64,000 nt of DNA from Octopus sinensis (taxonomy: Eukaryota). This document shows positions 52,641 to 64,000 of the stretch, piece by piece. The notes beneath the pieces were generated by a model. The model was not told the DNA's origin, did no database searches, and saw only the letters and a list, made by a program, of their open reading frames with translations. A program made the translations under genes and the position numbers. The stretch lies in assembly GCF_006345805.1 (NCBI RefSeq), contig NW_021833747.1, positions 1 through 64,000 of the forward strand, written 5' to 3'. Position 1 is the first letter of the stretch, and each line of letters starts with the position of its first letter.

Positions 52641-53593
52641 CAACGGTGGTTGCCCCAGCATGACCGCTGCTCTGCTTTGATGTGAAACACTTTAAATATA
52701 TTTAAATATATATAAATATACACACACATATCAAATTACATACCATATTTCTTGGTGTGTAGTGTGCGCCTTCTCGTTAGTTTACACAAATCTTAGAAGG
52801 AGAATTACGAATTGGAATGAAATAAGGTGCCTTTATTTTTTCCTGCTTTATCATTACTTTTAGTAAAAACTGTTTTATATTGGTTTTAAGTGGGGAAAAA
52901 TGATTCGTGTATATAAATGGAATACGTAATGAAGTCAGTTACGAAATCATGTACAATAACATCATAGTGACCATGAAAATGAAGTAATTTAAATTTTCTC
53001 CAACTGTAAAGAAATATTGTACATTTGTATCGATGAATACTCGTATATACAGACAATGCAAATATGTCGGTGAAAAAGTTGGTAGAAAGCAGCTAGAAAC
53101 GTAGAGGAAATGTGAATGAATCCTTATGGATATAAGAATATGCAAAAGTGCAGGGAGATATTTTATTAGTGTTACTACACATTACATGACAGAGAAAAAA
53201 ATAATGTATTTTATAGGGAACTAAAATACATAAGTGGGTACATAAACAAGAAGCAAAGAGCAATAAATGCTCCAAAAAAAAAAAAACACTGTATCATGGA
53301 GATATATTTAATCATATTCTATAAAACCTTAGAAATCTTCACCTTGAGAACTGTGTTACCGAGCATCTTCAAAAGTGGCACAATTGTTCTTATTACCGCG
53401 CTGCCGTATTATTCTCTCCGCTTCTAGAATACTTTGTCACGTGATATAGATTATGAAATTTCATTCCAAAAATTATATCATCCATGATAATTTGAAAGTG
53501 ATTTATAAGGTCACTAATGCAGCATCTACCTCGTCAGTGTTCCATAAACGCATTTTATTCCATACTTGTATAATAATAGTCTTTTTTCTGAGT

Positions 53594-54153
53594 CGGCGAG
53601 CTGGCAGGAACGTTAGCACGCCGGGCGAAAAACTTAGCGGCATTTCGTCTGTCTTTATGTTCTGAGTTCAAATTCCGCCGAGGTCGACTTTGCCTTTCAT
53701 CCTTTAGGGGTCGATTAAATAAGTACCAGTTACGCACTGGGGACGATGTAATTGATTTAATCCGTTTGTCTGCCCTTCTTTGTCCCATCTGTGTTTAGAC
53801 CCTTGTGGGTAGTAAAGAAATAGGTATTTCGTCTGCCGTTACGTTGTGAGTTCAAATTCCGCCGAGGTCGACTTTGCCTTTCATCTTTTCGGGGTCGATA
53901 AATTTATTACCAGTCAAGCACTGGGGTCGATGTTATCGACTTAATACCTATGTCTGTCCTTGTTTGTCCCCTCTGTGTTTAGCCCCGTGTGGGCAATAAA
54001 GAAATAGGTATTTCGTCTGTCTTTACATTCTGAGTTCAAATTCCGCCAAGATAGACTTCGCCTTTCATCTTTTCGGGTTCGGTAAATTAAGTACCAGTTG
54101 CGTACTGGGCCCCTCCCCCAAAATTTCTGGCCTTGTGGTTAGGATAGAAAAGA
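53594..54153 (+). mobile_element. SINE family A trimer (head + unit + unit + unit with alternative tail)
   Basis: aaagaaatagg|tatttcgtc junctions near 53823 and 54008; final tail ggccttgtggttaggatagaaaag. Confidence 0.9.
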
Positions 54154-54351
54154 ATATTGATAGTTTCCATTTCCGTGTTCCTACCGGTGTCACTTCAAAA
54201 GTGAACACTTCTAACATTTGTTCCTTTCTTTCCACATAGACATTTTAAATAGATTACCGACTGAAATATTTACTGAGTGCAGATGATTGGTTACGCCTGA
54301 CACTAGAAGTAACTGAATTGTAAGTTGTTGAAATTTACGGATTTTTTTAAT

Positions 54352-54706
54352 TACTCTTTTACTTGTTTATTCATTTACTTCTTTCAGTCATTTTGACTGC
54401 GCCCATGGTGGAGCACCGACTTTAGTCGAACAAATCGACCCCTGTGCTTATTCTTTGTAAAGCTAGTACTTATTCTATCGATCTCTTTTGCCGCAACGCT
54501 ATGTTACGGGGATGTTAAGCGATAGTGGGTGGGCAAACACAGACACACATATACACATATATATACGATGAGCTTCTTTCAGTTTCCGTTTACCAAATCC
54601 ACTCACAAGGCTTTGGTCGGCCCGAGGCTATAGTAGATGACACTTGCCCAAGGTTCCACACCAGAACTATGTGGTTGTGAATCAAGCTTCTTACCATACA
54701 GCTACT
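54352..54706 (-). mobile_element. SINE family B, degenerate
   Basis: Reverse complement of the family B pattern. Confidence 0.8.
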
Positions 54707-54814
54707 GCAGTGCCTTGTTTACTGTAACATCTTTCAGCTCATTTTTCTTTCTCTAAGTCCCAAGGTGGTAGAAAAAGAGACAGATAGACAGACAAACAGA
54801 ATGGCAGAGAGAGA

Positions 54815-54861
<47 letters not shown>

Positions 54862-56519
54862 TGAGAGAGACGCACATAATCAGGTAGAGAGAGACTGAAA
54901 TAAAAATAGAGAGTATGTGTGTCGGCATTCACCCACTGGCATATGTATATAGATATGCAATTTGCCCTCTTGTCTATTGGGCTTGTAAACTCATATAAGG
55001 ATTGATAAAATATTATCTCTCTCCTGGTTTGAGATCTCTTGTTTTGCCAGTAGATGGCAGCAGACAAAACAAACGTGTAGTTTATCCTTCAAGCTCCTTT
55101 TCCCTAGCTTATAGCGCCGAAATTACATTTAATTATATGTCAACAGCTCGGTTATTTTTGTGGCGTGTGTTTGAATACTGTTTAGAATTTATCGTCAGTA
55201 CCCCCCCCCCCCAAGTGGCTAGCCACATTCAGATGGCTAATACCCCTTACGTTGTCGAGCGGTTACTGTTTTTATCTCGTTCAGAGATTTATTATGTTTT
55301 CAGACAGTTTTTCTACATCAGTGACAGTGGTTACTGTGAAAAACATTATATATTGTTTGTAAGGGGACTCCTTCATCGAAGACCGGTGCTTACCATGCGT
55401 TGACAAGAGGCAATTACCTCGAAACTATAGTCCGTATGTAGTACTCGGGTCTTCGAGGGAAGATGACCTCCCTTTGCAAACAACACAACGACACTGAGAT
55501 AGTGTCTAAAGTCCTTCTGGTGACGTTGATCGCCTGGGGCTAAAAGCATCAGTAACACCCCCCCCCAGTGGCTAACCACATTCAGATGGCTAATACCCCT
55601 TACGTTGAAATATCAAATACTAAAGAACTATTTCCCGTCGAATCTGAACAGATGCGTGCGTGTGTGAGTCTTCTTTAAATTCTGATCAAAAGAGATATTG
55701 CTAGCATTTGAAATCAGTATTTTTCGAGTTGATGTTTGTGTTGCCATGATCTTTGACCAAAATTGTACAACCAATGATATTATTGTCTCGTCAGCTATTT
55801 TCAACGTTGCTGTGTGACGGTTAAACTTGTCAGCATTTTCTTTGTCATTCTAGCAGTATTTGTTTCATATATTGATGAATAGCAAACAAACGTTCCTCAA
55901 AGGTAACAACTTCATTCAATAATAAATGATATATCCTGTTTAATCATGTATGACATATCTCTGAATGACATAATCCGGAGTATGTACAATCAAGTTTAAT
56001 CGGTTGTTGAACTTTCACGTTCCGTAACTTGTTATTTAGATCTTCAACAAATTTACTACAAGTTTATGTTAATAGATCCTGGTCAGACTATCATTACGTA
56101 TAACATTCAATGTTTACATTGCCAAACTGTTGAGGTGGCAGCAGTTGCTGTGGTGGCAGGATTTATATATAGTTGAAATTTATAAAAAAAACAAAAGATG
56201 ATGATAGGTGTATGAACAACAAGTAGGTGTTTTAGGTAGACGCTCAGATAAATGAAAAATTCTTTTTACAATTTGAGCGTAAGCACCTCAAGAGAAAGGA
56301 ATAAGAGAAAATAAACAGAGCAAGAATGAAAAAAACCTGTATATATATATATATATAGTGAAGACTATTGAAAAGGTTGCAAGACGCAACGAAACTTTTA
56401 GGAAAATAAGTAGAAAGTTTACTGGTGAGTGTGTTAAATTATAAGGCACAAAAAAATGACTCTCCCCATCTCAACAGTATATATCAGTATATCAGTATAT
56501 ATATATATATATATTCGGA

Positions 56520-56850
56520 GACTCCCTTCGGTCACGACACAGACCATGGGATTGCACCTAGAAAGTTACCCTCCTAGACACAAGTCCGGGCGAGGTTGTT
56601 TATGGAAGACCAGCAGTCGCCCATGCATACCAGCCTCCCCTCTCCACGCTACCAGTGTTATCCAAGGGAAAGACAAAGGTCGATACAGCTTGGCACCAGT
56701 GACGTCGCAACTCATTTCTACAGCTGAGTGAACTAGAGCAACGTGAAATAAAGTGTCTTGCTCAAGAACACAACACGCAGCCCGGTCTGGGAATCGAGCT
56801 CACAACCTCACGATCGTAAGCTCGACGCTCTAACCACTGAGCCATGCGCC
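56520..56850 (-). mobile_element. SINE family E (C-type head/core, different tail)
   Basis: Reverse complement: ggcgcatggctcagtggttag...ttcttgagcaagacactttatttcacgttgc...aaatgagttgcgacgtcac...catggtctgtgtcgtgaccgaagggagtc. Confidence 0.85.
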
Positions 56851-56861
56851 TATATATATAG

Positions 56862-57155
56862 ATTAGTGGTTAGGGTATTCAGCTCATGACCGTAGGGCCT
56901 CGCGTTCGATTCCCGGTGGTGCGTTGTCTCAATGAGCAAGACACTTTATTTCACGTTGCTGGCAAAAATGAGTAATACCTGTATTTCAAAGGGCTGGCCT
57001 TGTCACACACTGTGTCACGCTGAATCTCTCTGAGAAGCATGTGAAGGGATATGCGCGTGTGTGGAGTACTCAGCCACATGCACGTTAATCTCACGAGCAA
57101 GCTGTTTGGTTGATCGTATCAACTGGAAACCTCCTCATCGTAAGAGACAGCGTGC
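56862..57155 (+). mobile_element. SINE family C, degenerate
   Basis: Collinear with 35242-35565 with deletions. Confidence 0.75.
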
Positions 57156-57178
57156 CAGTATATATATATATATATATG

Positions 57179-57210
<32 letters not shown>

Positions 57211-57524
57211 TGTATGTATGTACGTATGTATGTATGTATATAAAGACGCAAAAATTGCACTGTTACAAAATGAAAAGATGTTCCCGAAATCTATGTGTGC
57301 ACACACCCGCACACACACACACACCACACACAACACACACCACACACACACATACACACACACATAAATATATATATATATATATATATATAAGATATAA
57401 TATATATATATATATTTGTGTGTGTGTGTGTGTGTGTCTGTGTGTGTTTGTGTGTGTCTGTGTGAGTGAGTGCATGTGAGCATGTGATTATCAATATGTT
57501 TATGCGTATCTAAATAATATATGT

Positions 57525-57910
57525 GGAGTGGCTGTGTGGTAAGTAGCTTGTTTACCAACCACATGGTTCCGGGTTCAGTCCCACTGCGTGGCACCTTGGG
57601 AAGTGTCTTCTACTATAGCCTCGGCCGACCAAAGCCTTGTGAGTGGATTTGGAAGACGGAACTGAAAGAAGCCCGTCGTATATATGTATATATATGCGTG
57701 TGTGTGGTTTGTGTGTCTGCGTTTGTCCCCCTAGCATTGCTTGACAACCGATGCGGTGTGTTTATGTCCCCGTCACTTAGCGGTTCGGCAAAGGAGACCG
57801 ATAGAATAAGTACTGGGCTTACAAACGAATAAGTCCCGGGGTTAAAAAAGGCGGTGCTCCAGCATGGCCGCAGTCAAATGACTGAAACAAATAAAAGAGT
57901 AAAAGAGTAA
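57525..57910 (+). mobile_element. SINE family B, full length
   Basis: Collinear with 34706-35117. Confidence 0.9.
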
Positions 57911-58005
57911 AATATATATATATATATATATAAGTATGTATGTATGTATGTATGTATGTATGTATGTATGTATGTATGTATGTATGTATGTATGTATGTA
58001 TGTAT

Positions 58006-60091
58006 ATACCTATCCCTGCACGGAAACAATATCTCAAAGGTCTTATAGAGAAAACGGAAGAGTTTATTAGAAGACTGAGATGGAAAGCCTTCTTCTTTGA
58101 TAATAAACAGAAAATAGAAGGAAACAAATATGGATTTAAATCTCCCAGAAACCCGCCACCGATTCCGGAATTAGAAGCCTTCGAGAAAGACCTTTTCGAG
58201 CTTTTAGGAAAATTAAATTCCGCAAATATACCAACCAAGTGCAGACAAATATGAGAGAAAATTGAGGAGATTAACGACTCGAATAAGATCTTCGTTAATT
58301 CTGACAAGACAAGGAACTTATATGCACTTGATAAGGACGTTTATAAACGCCTGATTTCGAATAGTGTCACGGACACATACAAAAAAGACAACACGAATAT
58401 ATACAAAGAGGTGAACTTAGAAGCAAGAGGAATAGCTAACGATCTTAAGATTAGCGATAGGATTGAATACCTTTCACCACGACCAGCTTTTATTACTCTG
58501 AAAGACCATAAAGCCATTTTAGTAGAAACCCCAAATGTAGATTGATAATCCGGCTAAAACTGAGATAGGATTATTAGCAAAAATATTTTGGACCGTATTT
58601 TAGTTAAGTTAGATAGTGAAGTAGACTTGAGAATTTGGAAGAATAGTAAGTCAGTTATAGAGTGGTTTAAAGGTATTAGCTATAAGAATAATTGTAGTTT
58701 CCACACAATTCGACATTATTGACTTTTACCCGTCAATATCTAGGACGTTGCTCCTAAGGGCATTGGACTTCGCCAAGCAGTATGTCAACATCGATAGCTC
58801 GGAAAATGAAATTATTATGCATGCGAGGAAATCGCTTCTTTTTTTTTTCGAGGATTCCACCTGGATTAAGAAGACTGAGGATTCTCTTTTCGATGTACAG
58901 ATGGGGCATACGACGGGGCTGAATTATGTATGCTCATAGGAGCCTTTATTCTCCATAATCTAAAAATAGAATTCCCATTTATATGCAGGTTTATATAGGG
59001 ATGACGGCCTTATAGCCACGCATAATCTAAACGGCCATGAATCAGATAGACTTAGGAAGGACCTTATAGCTTTCTTTCAAAGGATGGCTTACGGGTTACG
59101 ATAGATGCTAACTGAATAGTGTAGATTTTTTAGACGTAATTTTAATGTAATCGGATAGATTTAAACCTTTCCGTAAGCCCAATGAAAAGCTATCGTATAT
59201 TAGCAAAGATTCGAACCATCCACCAGTTATCCTTAGCAACTTAGTCAGCAATGTAGGTAGAAGAATATCTTCAATTTCTTCGGACGAGGCAGCATTCCAT
59301 AATGCTGCACCTTATTACGATAGCGCATTAAAGAATAGTGGATTCTCGGAGAAGATCCAGTTCAACCAGCTTAATGCTGATAATAATGCTGTACGAAGAA
59401 CTAGGACCAGGAAAGTTTTGTGGTTCAACCCGGCTTTCATTTGGCCGTAAAGACTAATATAGGTAAGGAATTTTTGAGATTAGTCTCTAAGCATTTAAGC
59501 AGGGTCATAAATTCTACAGAATTTTAATAGAAGAACCCTGAAGGTTAGCTATTCTTGTTGCAGAAATTTCGCCTCTTACATTAGCCAACGTAATAGGAAG
59601 CTAATTGAGATTAGACATGGTGCCGAGCCCATTAAGAAATGTAATTTCAAAAACGAAAGCTCCTGTCCGTTAGAAGGAAATGTCTAGTGAAAGGAGTAGT
59701 TTATAGAGCCAAGGTGCAAGTGAAAGGCTCATCGGAATACAAGACATACACAGGGGCTTCAGAAAATTCATTTAAAACAAGATTTTATTCTCATAAAAAT
59801 TCATTTAAATACCCAGAGAACACGAAGAAACCAGCCTAGCAAAATATGTCTGGGAACTAAAAGAAAAGGAAGCCCACATTTCAACGTGACATGGAGCATT
59901 CTGGACAGGGCGGCACCATATACAGGCATGGAGCTTACAAAAATAATTTCAAGTGCAGACTTTGTCTATTAGAAAAAATGTACGTCTTATTCAAAGACAA
60001 TAATTCTTTGAATCAAAGAAGTGAGTTAATGAACTTATGTAGGCACGCGGCTAAATTTAAAATGTCGAATATAAATATACCATATGGATAG
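58006..60091 (+). mobile_element. Decayed Penelope-like element, RT + C-terminal GIY-YIG (Naiad-like)
   Basis: Piecewise: PIPARKQYLK...RLRWKAFFF, DKTRNLY, FITLKDHK, LINPAK, FDIIDFYPSIS, FDVQMG, RDDGL, VDFLDV, SNHPP, WFNP, KVSYSC, CN.KNESSCPLEG.CL, VVYRAKV..KTYTGASENSFKTRF..H, CRLCLLEK..LNQRSELMNLCRH. Confidence 0.9.
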
Positions 60092-61133
60092 AGTATATAT
60101 TTTGTATTTTTGATTTTTGATTTTGACTCTTGAGCGCTACGATCGATTTTGTTTCCAAGCTATGCGGATCTTAATCCGTATAGCAAAGTCTTATGTTTCT
60201 ACATATATATTAGGAAAAACCTACAAACTTTGTTTTCATGTTATTGTATTGCATAGGATTACCTTGATTATTTATATACCTTGATTATTTATAAATGACC
60301 AAAATAGGATGTTATATTTTATTTTATATGTCTTTCGTATATATATTTTTATTAATGCACCCATTTTTAAAAGCAATGTTTTTTTTAAAAAAAGCAATGT
60401 TGTCAAAATTAGAATGTTTATATAAGTATGTGTATAGCAAAGCATATGTATTTGTAAGCATGCGTATCTGTGTATGTGTAAGTGAAAGTATGTTTGTGCT
60501 TAAGCACACATATACACGACGTATGTATATTTATCCATTCAAACTTGTGTATGTATACTGGTCTCTATAGATGCCAATAACATCGCTACACTGCTTGTAT
60601 ACATAATTTTTTCTTATTTCGTTTTTTTTCCCCCCCACCCCTCCTTCGTTCCTTTTTCTCTCTTTCCCTTTCTTTCGTTCCCCCCCTTGCTCAGTATATG
60701 AGAATTGCTACATAGATGAATTTTAGCTTGCGTGCGAGACGGTTTGCGTGAATATATGTACACATGCTTTATGTGTATATTTTTAGATTCATATTCATAC
60801 GTCTGTATATGTATGTTGGCGTTTACGCGCATCCTTTGTGTATGTTGGATATATATATGTAGATTTTAATATAAATATGTATTGCAGTATTATAACAGGT
60901 TTAATTTCTATGCATTAATTTGCACTGTCTTCATTAACGTCAATAGGTTTTTCCTCGGATTTTATAATTTTTATAAGTTTTATATATATATATACATATA
61001 TTTTGACCTTTTTGTTTATCGCTCGAAGATTGACCGTTTTTTCTAAAGGGCCAATCAACAAGTCCATTTCTTTTTTAAAGGTGTAGCGTTTGTAAGAGTA
61101 TAGATTGAATTGATATATCAGTTCCATTCTAGC

Positions 61134-61180
61134 AAAAACTGTCTGATGAACGGCAACGAGAAACTCAGAGTACAGATTTT
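61134..61180 (+). ncRNA. Degenerate minimal hammerhead ribozyme motif (Penelope LTR type)
   Basis: caaaaactgt-CTGATGA-a-CG(GCAA)CG-a-GAAACTC-a-GAGTA-cagattttg; core and stems I-III are recognisable, with an A-A mismatch at the base of stem II and one nucleotide short at the cleavage site. Confidence 0.5.
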
Positions 61181-61240
61181 GTTGAATTTCTGCTGCTTAA
61201 AATAAATATATATATATATATATATATAATATATAAATTA

Positions 61241-61284
<44 letters not shown>

Positions 61285-62969
61285 ATATAATATATATATA
61301 TATATCGATATATTATATATATATATATTATATATATATATAGATATATATTATATATATATATGCGTATCATTGTTCTCGTATGCTTGTAGTGTCCTTG
61401 AATGAATGTGAGTCTGCAAATGACTGTCATCTGAGAAATAAAGTAAAAACAGCAAAAAGTTTAAAGCAACAATTCTTGAAGGATTATTGAAACTTTACTG
61501 ATTCATATTGATTTTCCTACTAATTAAACCTAACGTTCGCTTCTGCTGTGCGCAATTCCAAAACAGCGATGAAAAAGCGACGGCTGACATTTCCAGCTAA
61601 CTGTATCTCTTCACATTTATGCCATGTGCAATATATGCTTTCTTTCAATATTGTACTAAACTTGAGTAGAGTTGCTTCGTAATCCAATTAGAACGGTTTT
61701 AAACGAAATCACTGCACGTTTTATAATGATTTGCTTTCGAGAAATATCTGATGAGACACATAATGAGTTGTTTTACGCCATCTTGTCTGAATTATATCAT
61801 TTTACACTGATGAACGGGAATGAGAGAAATTTATGCCATCTTTTCGTCGTTCTGTATGTATGTTGGTTTCTTGCATGGAAATAAAACGGGCCTCTAAAGA
61901 GGACGTTGAAATTACAGTGTGTAATTTTCATGTAGATTTTTTTTTCTTCTTCAGAGATATCGAGGAAGGGCCATCCTTGACCGTCAGGACTCACCTCTCT
62001 TCACGGCACATAACACTTTTCATGAATATTGCATATAGGGGTTAGATAACATTGCAACGGACTTGATTAGAAATGGTTGTTAGTTTAAAGTAGTTGCTGG
62101 CGTTGTTACTGTTGTTGTTGTTGTTGTTGTTATTTTCACATCAGCCTTAACTGAGTGGACTAATGAACAAATTCACTCTGCTTGTGACAATCATTTCTCG
62201 TTGTTTTCAGTGTTATTCAATCCTAAATGGGAGTAGTTTTAAGGATATATGCGATATGTAGATTTGATTCTATTTCAACCCTCTCGACCGGACTCGTAAC
62301 TTAATACTAAAATGAATGGCTGCTGAGCTCCATATTATCTCTGATCAGTCATATATGCCTACGACCTAAAACATTATTCGCATGGCTTGCTCACTATATT
62401 TTTTAAGCTCGATCTGTCCAAGAATAATACAACAACCAATGTTTCTCTCCTTTCTATATCAAGTTTTCATAATTTGAGTAAGATTTATCTACCAATTACA
62501 TAAAGAGAATGTGCGTTGTCTGGTGTTTAGGGTCTTTGCCTCACAAATATAAGACCAGGGTTCAGATTTTTGATCAAGCAGCGTGTTGTATCCCTGGGAA
62601 AGGCACTTCATTTCATATTAGTCTAGTATCCTGAACTAAAAATTAGAACATGCTTAGTACTCGAGCAAAATTTTCTCTCTTCTGCTTTCTCTGTTGAATC
62701 AAAGGTTAGGCGTGTCGATAGGGTACCGTCATATGCTTACGACCACATTGCATCTGAAACAAATAACTGAAGGAAGGGGTAACAGAGACCTTCTTGACAC
62801 ATTCAAAGTGTTTACTTTGAGAATTAATTATTACTGATATGAATATTGTTACATTTTAGAATATTACTCTACAATTAACTACAGGTAAGCATAACTTTTA
62901 CAGGGAGTCAAACGAAACAAATGAGTCCTTCTATCATTATTCTGTATTCGTAAAGTATTTAGGGAATAA

Positions 62970-63161
62970 TATTGGTTTCAAATTTTGGTAAAAGGCCAGA
63001 AATTACGTCGACGCTAGTGTTCAAATGATACTTATTTTATCGACCTGAAAAGATGAAAGGTAAAATCGACATAGGCAGAATTTGAACTCTGATCGTAAAA
63101 CCGGACAAGATTCCTCTAAGGATTTTGCTCGGCGTGCTATCGATTCTGCCAGCTCACCATC
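62970..63161 (-). mobile_element. SINE family A, degenerate, alternative tail
   Basis: tttcaaattttggtaaaaggcc...ttatcgacctgaaaagatgaaagg...gaatttgaactc...ttctgccagctcaccatc. Confidence 0.75.
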
Positions 63162-63875
63162 TTATTAAAAAGGGACCAGCAAGTGACTTTTCTGTAGTGG
63201 CATGCTGGTTACTATAGAGAATAATATTAGCTGTGGCATTTGAAATGTTTCCTCAAAAAAAAAAGAGTATTTAATCAAGCAGCTACCTATTATCACAGTG
63301 CTTTGAAAAAGAGTGCTATTGCTTGTAAAACCCGAGAAATCATAGAACATTGTGCAATCGTAATATGATCACGTTTTCTTCTCCCAACTACTTGGATGTA
63401 GCATACAATATTACTAACATTTTCTTAAGTTTTGTAAAGAGATGTAACTAAATTTGTTATTAACATAAATATTACTTACTTCTGTACTGGTAATCTATAA
63501 AATTCCGTGAGAAGAAATTGCAACGGCAACCTTATGTTATTTAAGCAACCCATTTAATAATTGCCAATATTGAAAAAAGCAGCGTTAAATAATGTCCATG
63601 TAAAATATGTGTAAGTAAAGAGTCATTATATTAAGCTATTATAAAATTGGTAGACTAAGGTGCAACGGTGAATAAGTAATACGAAAATATTTTCTAATCC
63701 CTTGTTTTCATACATACGGACAGACAGGCACACACACATACACACACACACAGAGGCAAACATATATACTTTCTTTTGGTTTTTATTCTTTTACATGTTT
63801 CTGTCATTTCACTGTGTCCATGCCTGAGGGCACCATCTTGCGGAATAGTCGAACTATTCGACCCCATATATATAC

Positions 63876-63928
<53 letters not shown>

Positions 63929-64000
63929 TATGTGTGTGTGTGTGTGTGTGAGTATATATATATATATATATGTATATTATTAGAGACGCGAAACCACTAT

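Noticed and set aside
60092-60300. SECIS element behind the Naiad-like ORF
   Set aside because: The one strong hairpin lacks the AUGA/GA quartet, and no in-frame TGA at a Cys position was seen.

Overview
Extremely repeat-rich, AT-rich eukaryotic DNA with no recognisable host exon, RNA gene or CRISPR array. The SINE families look like those I associate with octopus genomes; this is an inference from memory, not a database result. Most six-frame ORFs are translated microsatellites. The real coding remnants are all mobile elements: (1) a ~6.1-kb full-length but decayed L1/Tx1-type LINE (43113-49198, minus; CCHC ORF1, APE-RT ORF2) inside a (GATA)n array, with a second 64-bp copy in the same array; (2) two 5'-truncated R4/Dong-type RLE LINE ends and two copies of an unclassified non-coding element, all in (AAT)n arrays at 12.1-16.4 kb; (3) two Penelope-like elements (19.4-20.7 kb and 58.0-60.1 kb); (4) a Tc1 transposon with TIRs and TA TSD; (5) a maT/DD37D-like fragment; (6) a Gypsy integrase C-terminus with PPT and 3' LTR; (7) a non-autonomous Helitron, a fold-back MITE and dozens of tRNA-derived SINEs. 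The SINEs are labelled A-E here as local names, and they swap heads, cores and tails. Best leads: apparent (GATA)n-targeting by the Tx1-type LINE, repeated (AAT)n targeting, minimal dimer-type hammerhead motifs in Penelope-related repeats, SINE multimers and chimeras, and unusually long direct repeats flanking retro-fragments.
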